Source of the DNA: Actinomycetes bacterium
GTDB lineage: Bacteria; Actinomycetota; Actinomycetes; Mycobacteriales; Jatrophihabitantaceae
Direction of reading: 5' to 3'
Assembly (NCBI GenBank): GCA_009780925.1
Contig: WQZC01000001.1
Coordinates: 1 to 42,521, forward strand
DNA: 42,521 nucleotides
Shown here: in pieces, positions 17,156 through 25,050 of the stretch
Layout: every line of letters starts with the position of its first letter
Position numbering within the stretch: position 1 is the first letter of the stretch
The notes under the pieces: model-generated
Told to the model about the DNA's origin: nothing
What the model saw: only the letters and a program-made list of their open reading frames with translations
Database searches by the model: none
Program-made: the position numbers and the translations under genes

Positions 17156-17368
17156 CAACCCACTTACCCACTCGTCGGCCACAGCCGACGGCGCAGTCCG
17201 CACACACTGACGGCCAGCGACCACATTCTGCCGCACCGCCCCCCTGACTTCGCCGCACGCGCCCACACCGAGCGCCCGGGCCTCGCAAGATAGATCTGAC
17301 ACCAAACAGACATGACTCAATCTGGATGAATCAGCTCGACCAAGCACCACGATAAAGGAGGGGACACT

Positions 17369-20335
17369 GTGACCGGCCGCCACCACACCGCCAGCACCAC
17401 GGAGCGCGCGCCGCGCGCCACCGCGCGCCGGGTCACCGGGTTCCTCCGCCGGCGCACCGCGATCGCCGCCGCGCTGGCCGTGATCGCCTCCGGGATCCTG
17501 GTCCCGTCCATGATGAGCCGCGCCTCCGCCGCCACCAAGACGCTGGTCGTCAACTCGACCGCCTGGGGCGGGCCGGACGCCAACCCCGGCAACGGGGTGT
17601 GCGCCACCTCCACCGGCGTCTGCACGCTGCGCGCGGCGATCGAGGAGTCGAACGCGCTCAAAGGCGGGGCCGGCGACATCCTGATCACGGTCGACCCGTC
17701 GATCGCGGCCGGCACGAAAATGTCGGGCACGGTCAACTACCCCCCGAACTACATGATCGGGGCTGAGTTGAACGGCGCGGACACCAACGGCGCCTACTTC
17801 AACGTCACCGCGCCGGTGACCATCGACCTCGACCACCGGCTGCAGGTTGACGGCTCGGCCAACAGCAGCTACATGGCAGCCGCCTTCTATCTCAACGGCC
17901 CGGACATCCAAGTGCTTAACGCCGATCAGGTGTTCTCCTCGGGCACGTCCTTCATCGTCGGCCCGCTCGCGAACCGGGTGCTGATCGACGGCGACGCCGG
18001 TGGTGGTTTCGGCCAGGTCGCCACCCCGAACAGCAATCCGCAGCGTTTCGTGGCGTTCCGCGACGGGGCCTCGAACGTGACAGTTCGGAACTACCAAGTC
18101 ACCGGCTTCTCCCCCAACGTAGCTCTCGGCGGGATCTTCATCTTCAACTCGCAATCCCCGTACACCGCGCTGAACAACATCGTCATCGACCGGGTCCAAG
18201 TGCTCAACGCGCCGCTGACCAACACGACATGCACCACTTCCGACGGTTCAGGGTGCCGGGCCCGGCTCGTGGGGTTCTGGAACGGCCTGGGCGCCGGCTG
18301 GGGCGTTGACACCTTCACCATCAACGGGCTCACCTTCAAGAACATGTTGGTGCGCAACCAGACCAACCAAACCGGACTGCAATTCGCCGCCGCCGGGGAC
18401 ACCCAAGGCATCAGCTCCGCCAGCATCACCAACCTGGTCATCGAAGACAACGTCTTCGTGAACAATCAGGGCAGTGGCACCGCCACCGGCAACGCGTTCA
18501 TCACTCTGCCCTACCACCAGCACCTGAAGGGGAAGAACTCGATCTCCCGAAACGTGTTCACCCGGGCCGCCACCGGCAGCGCGTTCGCGATCTACTACTA
18601 CGGCAACAACCTGATCACCGCCAACTCAACGACCCCATCGGGCCTGACCATCGCGGACAACCACTTCAACGGCTACACCGGCGGCGCCACCATCCGCACC
18701 GAGCGCACCGGCCTGGTCACGGTGACCGGCAACACCTTCGGCCCGGCCACCGGTTCGCAAGCCGCGCCCGGCGTCACCGAGGAGTACACCGACACCGCCT
18801 CCGTGCTCTACAACACCTATCACGGCGGGGTCAACTACAACTCCAACCAGTCCATCCGAACCTGGGCGCCGTCTGGCGACGCCGCGATCGCGAACGGCCA
18901 GCTCCCGGCCGGCGCTCTGATCATGGCCGACCCGCGAGGTGGCGCCCTGCCAACCGCCACCGCCATCGTCGACGTGACCAAGATCACCGCGACCGACAAC
19001 ACCTCGCAGGCGCCGGGCCAGCCGGTGACCCTGCAGGCCTACTGGACCGCCAGCCGCGGCGCCGAGATCTACCTCGGCAAGGTGAGCGGCGTCACCGGCT
19101 CCGCCGCCACCGTGGCGGTACCGCTGCCGGTGGGCGCGGTGGCTCTGCCCGACGGCACCACCGCGACCGCGGTGGACGCGACCACCGGCGCGGCGTCTGG
19201 ATACCTCCGGTTCCAGACCCACGTCGAGGGCCTCGGCCAACTGGAATCGTCGCAGTACTCCCGCCTGGCGCCGCTGTCCGGCACCTACACGCCGTTCCCG
19301 ACGCTGACCATCGACCAGGCGGCGGGCATGGGTGACCCAACGACCGGCCGCGACCTGCACTTCACCCTCACCTCGTCGATGCCGCTGGACCCGGCCACCG
19401 TGACCACCGACGCGATAACCCTGGCCGCGACGCCGACCGAGCAGACCATCGACGCCGCCCGGATCAACCCGCGCGTGGTGTCGATCAGCGAGGTCGCCGG
19501 CAGCGGAGGCACCGCCTTCAACATCGTCGTCCGGGTCGACGACTCGGCGACGGTCGCCGCCACGGTGGCCGCCGAGACCGTGCAGACCCCTGACGGGCTG
19601 ACCAACGAGGACCCGGCGAGCTTCACCGACAACGAGATCACCTTCCGCAACCCGTTGCTGGTCGATCCGGCCAAGTTCACCCTGGTCACCGGCGAGCCAC
19701 ACGGCAAGGACTTCACCATCGGCCTGGTCGCGGGCGCCCCGGCCCCAACCGACGACCTGACGTTCGCCGCCACCGTGAGCCAGCCGCAGGGCACTCCACT
19801 GGTGAGCCTGTCCACCACCAGCCCGGTGGTGCCGGCTGGCCAAAGCGCCAGCGCGCCGGTCACAGTCACCGCCGCGGGCGGCGACGTGGACCCGAACACC
19901 GCGGTGACGATCACGCTGACCGTGTCCTCACCGGACACCAACTACGACGGCCTCGTGGTGCCCACGGTGCGCCCGCACCTGTTCGCCACCGACCCAACCA
20001 TCCACATCACCAAGCACGCCTGGGTCGAGGTCGCCGACACCTCCTCGCCGGCGGGGATCGAGACCACCGGAACCCCCGCGCCGAACGGTACCCCGTTGCT
20101 CGACGGGCAGCTGGTGTGCTTCGTCTACACGGTCACCAACACCTCGGCCGACGACTGGGCCACCCCGCTGACCAACATCGTGGTCACCGACTCCGACACC
20201 CGCCTCGGCGCCGCCGGCGTCATCGGGACCATCGGGTCCCTGGCCCCCGGCGCGTCCGTCAAGCTCGCTGACTGCACCTCGTTGGCCCCGATCGACACCA
20301 CCGTCACGCGGGCCGGAAGCGGCGGCCAGTCATGA
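17369..20335 (+). CDS. Large secreted right-handed beta-helix protein with a CSLREA-like N-terminal motif and C-terminal Ig-like/DUF11-like domains
   Basis: A strong RBS aaaggagggg precedes the GTG. The signal peptide is RRRTAIAAALAVIASGILVPSMMSRASA. GVCTLRAAIEESNA resembles the CSLREAI motif that heads many parallel beta-helix proteins. The body is a long run of Asn/Gly/Thr-rich coils. The C-terminus (ITKHAWVEV...CFVYTVTNTS) is Ig-like. The stop overlaps the next ATG (ATGA). Confidence 0.8.
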   Translation: MTGRHHTASTTERAPRATARRVTGFLRRRTAIAAALAVIASGILVPSMMSRASAATKTLVVNSTAWGGPDANPGNGVCATSTGVCTLRAAIEESNALKGGAGDILITVDPSIAAGTKMSGTVNYPPNYMIGAELNGADTNGAYFNVTAPVTIDLDHRLQVDGSANSSYMAAAFYLNGPDIQVLNADQVFSSGTSFIVGPLANRVLIDGDAGGGFGQVATPNSNPQRFVAFRDGASNVTVRNYQVTGFSPNVALGGIFIFNSQSPYTALNNIVIDRVQVLNAPLTNTTCTTSDGSGCRARLVGFWNGLGAGWGVDTFTINGLTFKNMLVRNQTNQTGLQFAAAGDTQGISSASITNLVIEDNVFVNNQGSGTATGNAFITLPYHQHLKGKNSISRNVFTRAATGSAFAIYYYGNNLITANSTTPSGLTIADNHFNGYTGGATIRTERTGLVTVTGNTFGPATGSQAAPGVTEEYTDTASVLYNTYHGGVNYNSNQSIRTWAPSGDAAIANGQLPAGALIMADPRGGALPTATAIVDVTKITATDNTSQAPGQPVTLQAYWTASRGAEIYLGKVSGVTGSAATVAVPLPVGAVALPDGTTATAVDATTGAASGYLRFQTHVEGLGQLESSQYSRLAPLSGTYTPFPTLTIDQAAGMGDPTTGRDLHFTLTSSMPLDPATVTTDAITLAATPTEQTIDAARINPRVVSISEVAGSGGTAFNIVVRVDDSATVAATVAAETVQTPDGLTNEDPASFTDNEITFRNPLLVDPAKFTLVTGEPHGKDFTIGLVAGAPAPTDDLTFAATVSQPQGTPLVSLSTTSPVVPAGQSASAPVTVTAAGGDVDPNTAVTITLTVSSPDTNYDGLVVPTVRPHLFATDPTIHITKHAWVEVADTSSPAGIETTGTPAPNGTPLLDGQLVCFVYTVTNTSADDWATPLTNIVVTDSDTRLGAAGVIGTIGSLAPGASVKLADCTSLAPIDTTVTRAGSGGQS

Positions 20336-21015
20336 GCGCGACCCGCAACCGTCCCAGCAAGCACCAGGCGCCGACCCCCCGGCGACGCCGCGCGCTCGCC
20401 GCGCTGGCGCTGCCACTGGCCGTGGGCGCGATCGCGCTGTGCATGATCGGTGGGGTGACCCACGCGCGGTGGGCCAGCAACGACACGTTCTCCGGCGGTA
20501 CCGTCACCGGCGGCGACCTGCGCGTCAGCACCGGCGCGATGACCTGGCGACAGACCACCCCCGGCGTGACCAACCCCGCGTCCGGCACCCTGGGCGACGC
20601 CCCATCCGGCTTCGTCGCGATGCCCGGCGACGTGGTGGAGATCAGCGTGCCGGTGACCACCGTGCTGCACGGCCAGAACCTCACCGCCGAGCTGACCGCC
20701 GACTACCTGGCCCCCGCCTCGACGGGAGCCGACATCGCGGTGACCTACCGCGTGGAGAACGAAGCGGGGCAACAGATCGCGCCGGCGACCGGGACCGCGC
20801 CCGTCACCGACCCGCTCACCATATCCGGTCTGGCCGGCGACCCCGCAGGGGCCGACACGCACTGGACCGTGGTGCTGCGCGTGGCAGTGGTCAGCGACTA
20901 CCAGTGGATCACCCCGGACCAGCCGGCCCAAACCACCGACTTCAACGCCGGCAAAGTTCGGGTGACACTCACCCAGACCCGCTCATCAGGCACCGATCCG
21001 GGGGGCGGTGCCTGA
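20332..21015 (+). CDS. TasA/camelysin-like exported protein with an alternate-type (SipW-cognate-like) signal peptide, copy 1
   Basis: The N-terminus has the n-region RRRRALAAL, a TM segment, then GGVTHARWASNDTFSGGTVTGGDLRV. Compare B. subtilis TasA GGGTWAAFND...FASGTLDL (from memory). An internal MPGDVVEISVP block is also present. The gene is ATGA-coupled to the beta-helix gene. Confidence 0.75.
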   Translation: MSATRNRPSKHQAPTPRRRRALAALALPLAVGAIALCMIGGVTHARWASNDTFSGGTVTGGDLRVSTGAMTWRQTTPGVTNPASGTLGDAPSGFVAMPGDVVEISVPVTTVLHGQNLTAELTADYLAPASTGADIAVTYRVENEAGQQIAPATGTAPVTDPLTISGLAGDPAGADTHWTVVLRVAVVSDYQWITPDQPAQTTDFNAGKVRVTLTQTRSSGTDPGGGA

Positions 21016-21929
21016 TGAACCGGACCGGAAAGCTCGTCATCGGCGCAGTCGTGGCAGCAGTGACGATTGGCGTCGCCACCAGCGCCCTCGCGCTGTGGGC
21101 GGCCAACAGCGACGCCACCGCTGACCCGATACCCGTCGGCGGCATCTCCTTCGCCGCCACCGCCGGCCAAGGCGGCGCCGTCCCGCAGTACTCGGCGAAC
21201 GGCGGCCCGGTGACGCTGACCCTGCCGGGCAGTGAGATCGCCAAGGTCCTCGACGGCACCGACCCCAGCCCAGCGCCCGTGATCTGGCGGTTCACCGCTG
21301 AGGGACAAGCCGAAGGGATCACCGGCCTGAGCATGGACGTCACCGCGGGCAGCCAGATCGCCCCCAACGGAGCGATCACCGACATCGGATCGGGGATCGC
21401 CGCCCGCGGGACCGTGCTGGCGTTCTCCACCCTTCGGGTGTACGCGGCGTCGATCAACGGCGACTGCGCCACGCTGCCCGAGGTGCCCGAAACCGATCCC
21501 GGCAAGAACATCTACCTCTACGACAGCACTGATCACGTCCTGCAGACGGCGGGCGGGTTCGCCGGCCAGCCGGTGCGCCAGCAGTGGTGCGTGGCCATCA
21601 CGTTCAACGCCGACCCGCCGGGCGCGTACGCCAACGAGGTCCAGGCGCACGGAATCGCCGCGAACGGCGATCGGGTCAGCGCGGTCGACTCGTGGCGGTC
21701 GGTGGTGGCGTTTCCGCCATCGCTGGACGCCTCGGGCATCTACCGCAACCACGCCGACGTGGTCGGCGTGGCCATGGACGGGACCGCCTCGCGCGCCAGC
21801 GACCAGTTCGAAGCGCGCGTCTACCCGGATCCGAACGCGGAGCCCGACGTCACCATCGTGCTCGATCCGAAAGTCACCAACCTGAACCCAACCGTGTCAG
21901 CAGGTGACCGTTTCACCCCGACACCCTGA
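21015..21929 (+). CDS. Exported protein with a related alternate-type signal peptide, divergent member (copy 2)
   Basis: MNRTGKLVIGAVVAAVTIGVATSALALWAANSDATADPIPVGG shares the ALW(A/S)AN(S/D) junction with its neighbours. It is coupled by a TGATG overlap at 21013..21017. The track ORF 20439..21929 is an over-extension. Confidence 0.65.
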   Translation: MNRTGKLVIGAVVAAVTIGVATSALALWAANSDATADPIPVGGISFAATAGQGGAVPQYSANGGPVTLTLPGSEIAKVLDGTDPSPAPVIWRFTAEGQAEGITGLSMDVTAGSQIAPNGAITDIGSGIAARGTVLAFSTLRVYAASINGDCATLPEVPETDPGKNIYLYDSTDHVLQTAGGFAGQPVRQQWCVAITFNADPPGAYANEVQAHGIAANGDRVSAVDSWRSVVAFPPSLDASGIYRNHADVVGVAMDGTASRASDQFEARVYPDPNAEPDVTIVLDPKVTNLNPTVSAGDRFTPTP

Positions 21930-22021
21930 ACCCCCTCGCGACGACTGCGAGGCCACGCCCCCACCAGGGCACAACCGAAAACCGCGCCCCCACCGGGGCC
22001 GACTCAAGAAGGAACACGACA

Positions 22022-22813
22022 ATGAGCACCAATGACACCGCGGTCGTCGTTGTGACCGAGGAAAAGAAACGTCGCCGCGGCCTTATCTGGATCGCCGGCG
22101 CGACCGCAGCGCTGATGCTGGGCGGCGGGACGTTCGCCCTCTGGTCGGCGAACGACTCCTTCAACGGCGGTTCCATCACCGCTGGCGACCTGAACATCAC
22201 CAAGGTTGAGAACACCACCTACTGGGACGTCTCGACGGACCGGAAAGACGCCGATCAGACCGTGCCGGGCACCAACGGGAAAACCGGCCACGCCATCGAC
22301 AGCATCGCCACCTGGCGGATCGTGCCCGGTGACAAGGTCGCCGCGGTCTTCTCCACCAGCGTCACCCTCGAGGGCGACAACATGGTCGGCAAACTGTCGG
22401 TCAAAGGCTTTGACGCCATGACCGACGGCAACGCGTCACTGACCTGGAGCTACCAGATCTTCCACGAGGCGGAGGCCGTGGCGGCCGAGACCGCGCTGCC
22501 GGCCGACGGCAACCTGCTCTACCTGTCCGCCCCGGGCACCGGTCAGGACAGCGGCCTAGAGGACGCCGACGGCACCACGGTCCGCGCGATGACCGACAAG
22601 ACGGAGAACCTCACCATCGTCATCTACGGCACCTTCGCCGCCACCGCCGGCAACGACGGCAAGACCGACAAGGACGCCAACGGCGTGTACAGCCACCAGA
22701 GCACGGACGCCACCGGCACCCGCCAAGACGCCACCAAGGCCGACATCCTCGCCAAGCTGCTGGTCCAGCTCGACCAGGTTCGCGACACCGGCGCGCAGTT
22801 CGCTGTCAACTAA
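22022..22813 (+). CDS. TasA/camelysin-like exported protein with an alternate-type signal peptide, copy 3 (candidate major subunit)
   Basis: RBS gaagga is upstream. KKRRRGLIWIAGATAALMLGGGTFALWSANDSFNGGSITAGDLNI closely parallels the TasA signal-mature junction. WRIVPGDKVAAVFSTSVTLEGDNMVGKL parallels copy 1. Confidence 0.8.
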   Translation: MSTNDTAVVVVTEEKKRRRGLIWIAGATAALMLGGGTFALWSANDSFNGGSITAGDLNITKVENTTYWDVSTDRKDADQTVPGTNGKTGHAIDSIATWRIVPGDKVAAVFSTSVTLEGDNMVGKLSVKGFDAMTDGNASLTWSYQIFHEAEAVAAETALPADGNLLYLSAPGTGQDSGLEDADGTTVRAMTDKTENLTIVIYGTFAATAGNDGKTDKDANGVYSHQSTDATGTRQDATKADILAKLLVQLDQVRDTGAQFAVN

Positions 22814-22825
22814 CCCCAAAACCAA

Positions 22826-22845
22826 GGGCCCCAAGCACGGGGCCC
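22826..22845 (+). terminator. Short GC hairpin directly after the copy-3 stop
   Basis: gggcccc aagcac ggggccc: a 7-bp perfect stem with a 6-nt loop, 13 nt after the TAA at 22811..22813. Confidence 0.4.
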
Positions 22846-22851
22846 GAAATA

Positions 22852-23080
22852 CCCCAGCGGCCCCGAAACGGCCACCCCATCTGCCCAAGTAAGGGCCGCT
22901 GGCCACAACAAAGGAACCCCAACCACGGGGAACCGGAAAACCCCAGCGGCCCCGAAACGGCCACCCCATCTGCCCAAGTAAGGGCCGCTGGCCACAACAA
23001 AGGAACCCCAACCACGGGGGTCCGGAAAACCCCAGCGGCCCCGAAACGGCCACCCCATCTGCCCAAGTAAGGGCCGCTGG
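22852..23080 (+). repeat. Tandem repeat, 89-bp unit x 2.6 copies, each with a 10-bp-stem hairpin. It is preceded by a degenerate partial unit at ~22821..22851.
   Basis: Units start at 22852, 22941 and 23030. Copies 1 and 2 differ at 2 of 89 positions (ggggaaccgg vs gggggtccgg). Copy 3 is identical for its first 51 nt. Each unit contains ccagcggccc...31 nt...gggccgctgg (perfect inverted repeat) and a second small cccc-aaccac-gggg hairpin. Confidence 0.95.
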
Positions 23081-23083
23081 CAC

Positions 23084-23120
23084 CGGCACGACACCCAACC
23101 GCGCCCCTGGGGTCGTGCCG
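23084..23120 (+). other. Hairpin closing the repeat region, upstream of the signal peptidase gene
   Basis: cggcacgac ...19 nt... gtcgtgccg: a 9-bp perfect stem. Confidence 0.4.
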
Positions 23121-23234
23121 AGGTGGCCGGTGGCGGATGAACTGGTGCTCTCCGCCACCGGCCCATTACCCCCAAAGACTTCGCACCAGCGCACAAACCA
23201 TGCGCCGCCCGACCCATGCCAGAGAGGAGTCACC

Positions 23235-24047
23235 GTGAAGCACCGCGCCGCCGCCAAGCCCCGCGACCCCAAGCCGCCGCGTCACGCGGCCGCCCTACCC
23301 ACGGTGACCCCCCGGAGCGTCGCGACCGACCGGGCCGACACCGACTGGGCCGACATCGCAGCACTGCCCGCCAGCGCCCGCCGCCGGTTCGACTCCCCGT
23401 GGCGCGTCGCCGGGGCCGCCCTGATGATCGCGCTGACCATCTCGTTGGTGGCGGTCGCCTCGGCGATCTTCGTTGTGCCACGCGTCGTCGGTGGCACCAG
23501 CCTGACCGTGCTGACCGGATCCATGCAGCCGACCCTCAAGCCTGGCGACGTCGTCGTCGTGCGCGGCGTCGCGCCCAAGGACGTGTGCCAGGACGTGAAG
23601 GTCGGGCAGATCATCACCTTCCTTCCCAAGCCAGACGACCCCACCCTGATCACCCACCGGGTCGTGTCCAAGACAATCGGCGCTTTCGACGACGGCACCT
23701 CGTGCCGGCTCACCACCCGCGGCGACGCAAACTCCGCCGACGACGAGCCGATCTCCCCGATCCAGGTGCGCGGCGCGTTCATGTATGGCGTGCCAAAGCT
23801 CGGCTGGGCCCGCCAGTGGATCAGTGACCATCGGCCAGTGGTCGCGGCCATCGGCGCCGGGCTCTTCGTCGCCTACCTGTTGTGGATGCGCGCCCGCCCC
23901 AAGACGACGCGAGTCGTCAAATACCAGCGGCAACCCGTCAGCGGCCGGCCGGAGGACGCCGCCGACGACGCCGACAGCACCGCGACCGCGGCCGGCGCGC
24001 CCGGCATCGGCACTCCCATCCGGGCCTCAATCGCGGCCCGCAGCTGA
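23235..24047 (+). CDS. Signal peptidase I, SipW / archaeal-ER type (S26B-like)
   Basis: VLTGSMQPTLKPGDVVVVRG...GQIITFLP...LITHRVV...TTRGDANSADDEP parallels B. subtilis SipW SGSMEP...GDVITF...THRIV...KGDNN. It has an N-terminal TM and a C-terminal TM (VVAAIGAGLFVAYLLW). I prefer the GTG at 23235 with RBS gagaggag, but the GTG at 23115 is possible. Confidence 0.85.
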   Translation: MKHRAAAKPRDPKPPRHAAALPTVTPRSVATDRADTDWADIAALPASARRRFDSPWRVAGAALMIALTISLVAVASAIFVVPRVVGGTSLTVLTGSMQPTLKPGDVVVVRGVAPKDVCQDVKVGQIITFLPKPDDPTLITHRVVSKTIGAFDDGTSCRLTTRGDANSADDEPISPIQVRGAFMYGVPKLGWARQWISDHRPVVAAIGAGLFVAYLLWMRARPKTTRVVKYQRQPVSGRPEDAADDADSTATAAGAPGIGTPIRASIAARS

Positions 24048-24937
24048 TGCGCGCCCGTTCGCCGCGCCGCGACGGACCGGACTGGCGGGCGCGGACAAAC
24101 CGCGGGCACGGCCTTTCCCAGCGTGGGCGCGCCATCTCCTGGCTGATGGCCACGGTGCTGCTTTGCTGCGTGGCTCTGATCGCGACCGGTGGCGGAGTGG
24201 GCGCGATCACCGGCGCTGGCGGTCAATCCCCCGGCCGAAACACCAACCGAAACACCGACAAAGTCATAACCGCCCAATGGGATGGCCCGACCACCCACTT
24301 GAACTGGCTGGGTGACCGTTACACCACCGCCGAGGCGACCTTTGTGGGTGATCGGGTGGCCATCCCCGGCGACCGCGTGCAACGAACCTTGAACGTGTGC
24401 AATGACGGGCCGTCTGGAGCGGTGATGGTGGTGTCGCTGCTAGTCGCGGAAAACCCGGCCGCGTTCGAGCAGGACCCGGAACTGGCATCGGATGTCGATC
24501 TGTTCTGGAGCGTCGGCGACGCCGTCGGCTCGGACCGTTTCGAAACGCTGCTGGCCGCCGCCGACGGAACCGAGGTGGCGCACACGCACGCGCCCCGCGG
24601 GGTGATCATCCCAGTCACCGTCGGATTCACCATGGACCGCGCCGTCACCACCGGTCAGGACCGCGCCGCCGCGATGCCCGAGCTGAGCTTCAAGGTCGAA
24701 GTGCGCATGCATGGCGACGCCAGCCTGCCGAGCGGCATGGACTCACCGCACGACTCCGACGCTCCGTCCGCCGCGCGACCGGACACCAATGGTTGGCGGA
24801 TCCCCGGGCTCTCCGCAACCGGGGCGGCGGTCCTTGGCGCCGCCGCGGCCGCCGTCGGCCTGCTGGGCCTCGGCGCGCTGGCATTGTTGCTGGTAACGCG
24901 CCGCCGCCGGCGCGCGCGTCACGCGTCATCCGAATAG
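24047..24937 (+). CDS. Exported TasA-like-core protein with a C-terminal LPXTG-like (LSATG) cell-wall sorting signal
   Basis: It is coupled to the peptidase gene by a TGATG overlap. It has an N-terminal TM (WLMATVLLCCVALIATGG). IPGDRVQRTLNVCNDGPSGAVMVVSL resembles the TasA LKPGDKLTKDFQFENNGSLAIK block. The C-terminus is IPGLSATG, a 24-aa hydrophobic stretch, then RRRRRAR. Confidence 0.7.
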   Translation: MRARSPRRDGPDWRARTNRGHGLSQRGRAISWLMATVLLCCVALIATGGGVGAITGAGGQSPGRNTNRNTDKVITAQWDGPTTHLNWLGDRYTTAEATFVGDRVAIPGDRVQRTLNVCNDGPSGAVMVVSLLVAENPAAFEQDPELASDVDLFWSVGDAVGSDRFETLLAAADGTEVAHTHAPRGVIIPVTVGFTMDRAVTTGQDRAAAMPELSFKVEVRMHGDASLPSGMDSPHDSDAPSAARPDTNGWRIPGLSATGAAVLGAAAAAVGLLGLGALALLLVTRRRRRARHASSE

Positions 24938-25050
24938 TGCCCGAGATGACGTATTCACGCCCGCAGTCCGGTCTGGTGCCGGCCGCTTTGACCCATGAAA
25001 GCCTATTAATTCACCTATTCCGACTCTTGCGTGGCGCGTACGGTAGCGTT

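Noticed and set aside
22852-23080. Possible CRISPR array
   Set aside because: The repeats are directly adjacent 89-bp units with no unique spacers. The unit length is far outside the CRISPR repeat range, and no cas genes are in the window.
22556-23272. Minus-strand ORFs across the 89-bp repeats (22556..23272, 22806..23066, 22810..23217) that encode reiterated peptides such as GRWGGRFGAAGVFR
   Set aside because: Their periodic peptide sequence simply mirrors the DNA repeat. Three overlapping frames are open at once, there is no RBS or recognisable domain, and they lie antisense to a plus-strand operon. I treat them as repeat artefacts, not genes.
17369-24937. Sortase-dependent pilus (Spa-type) interpretation of the cluster
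   Set aside because: There is no sortase gene, no pilin motif (YPKN) or E-box, and only one protein has a sorting signal. The N-terminal W-A-x-N-D junctions and the SipW-type peptidase point to a TasA-like system rather than a Spa-like one.
24793-25050. Upstream extension of the LuxR regulator, either overlapping the anchored protein gene (start 24793) or starting at the ATG at 24946
   Set aside because: The 24793 start overlaps the end of a well-supported CDS in another frame. The 24946..25050 stretch is AT-rich with codons rare for this genome (tta, att, cta) and looks like promoter DNA. The ATG at 24946 cannot be fully excluded.
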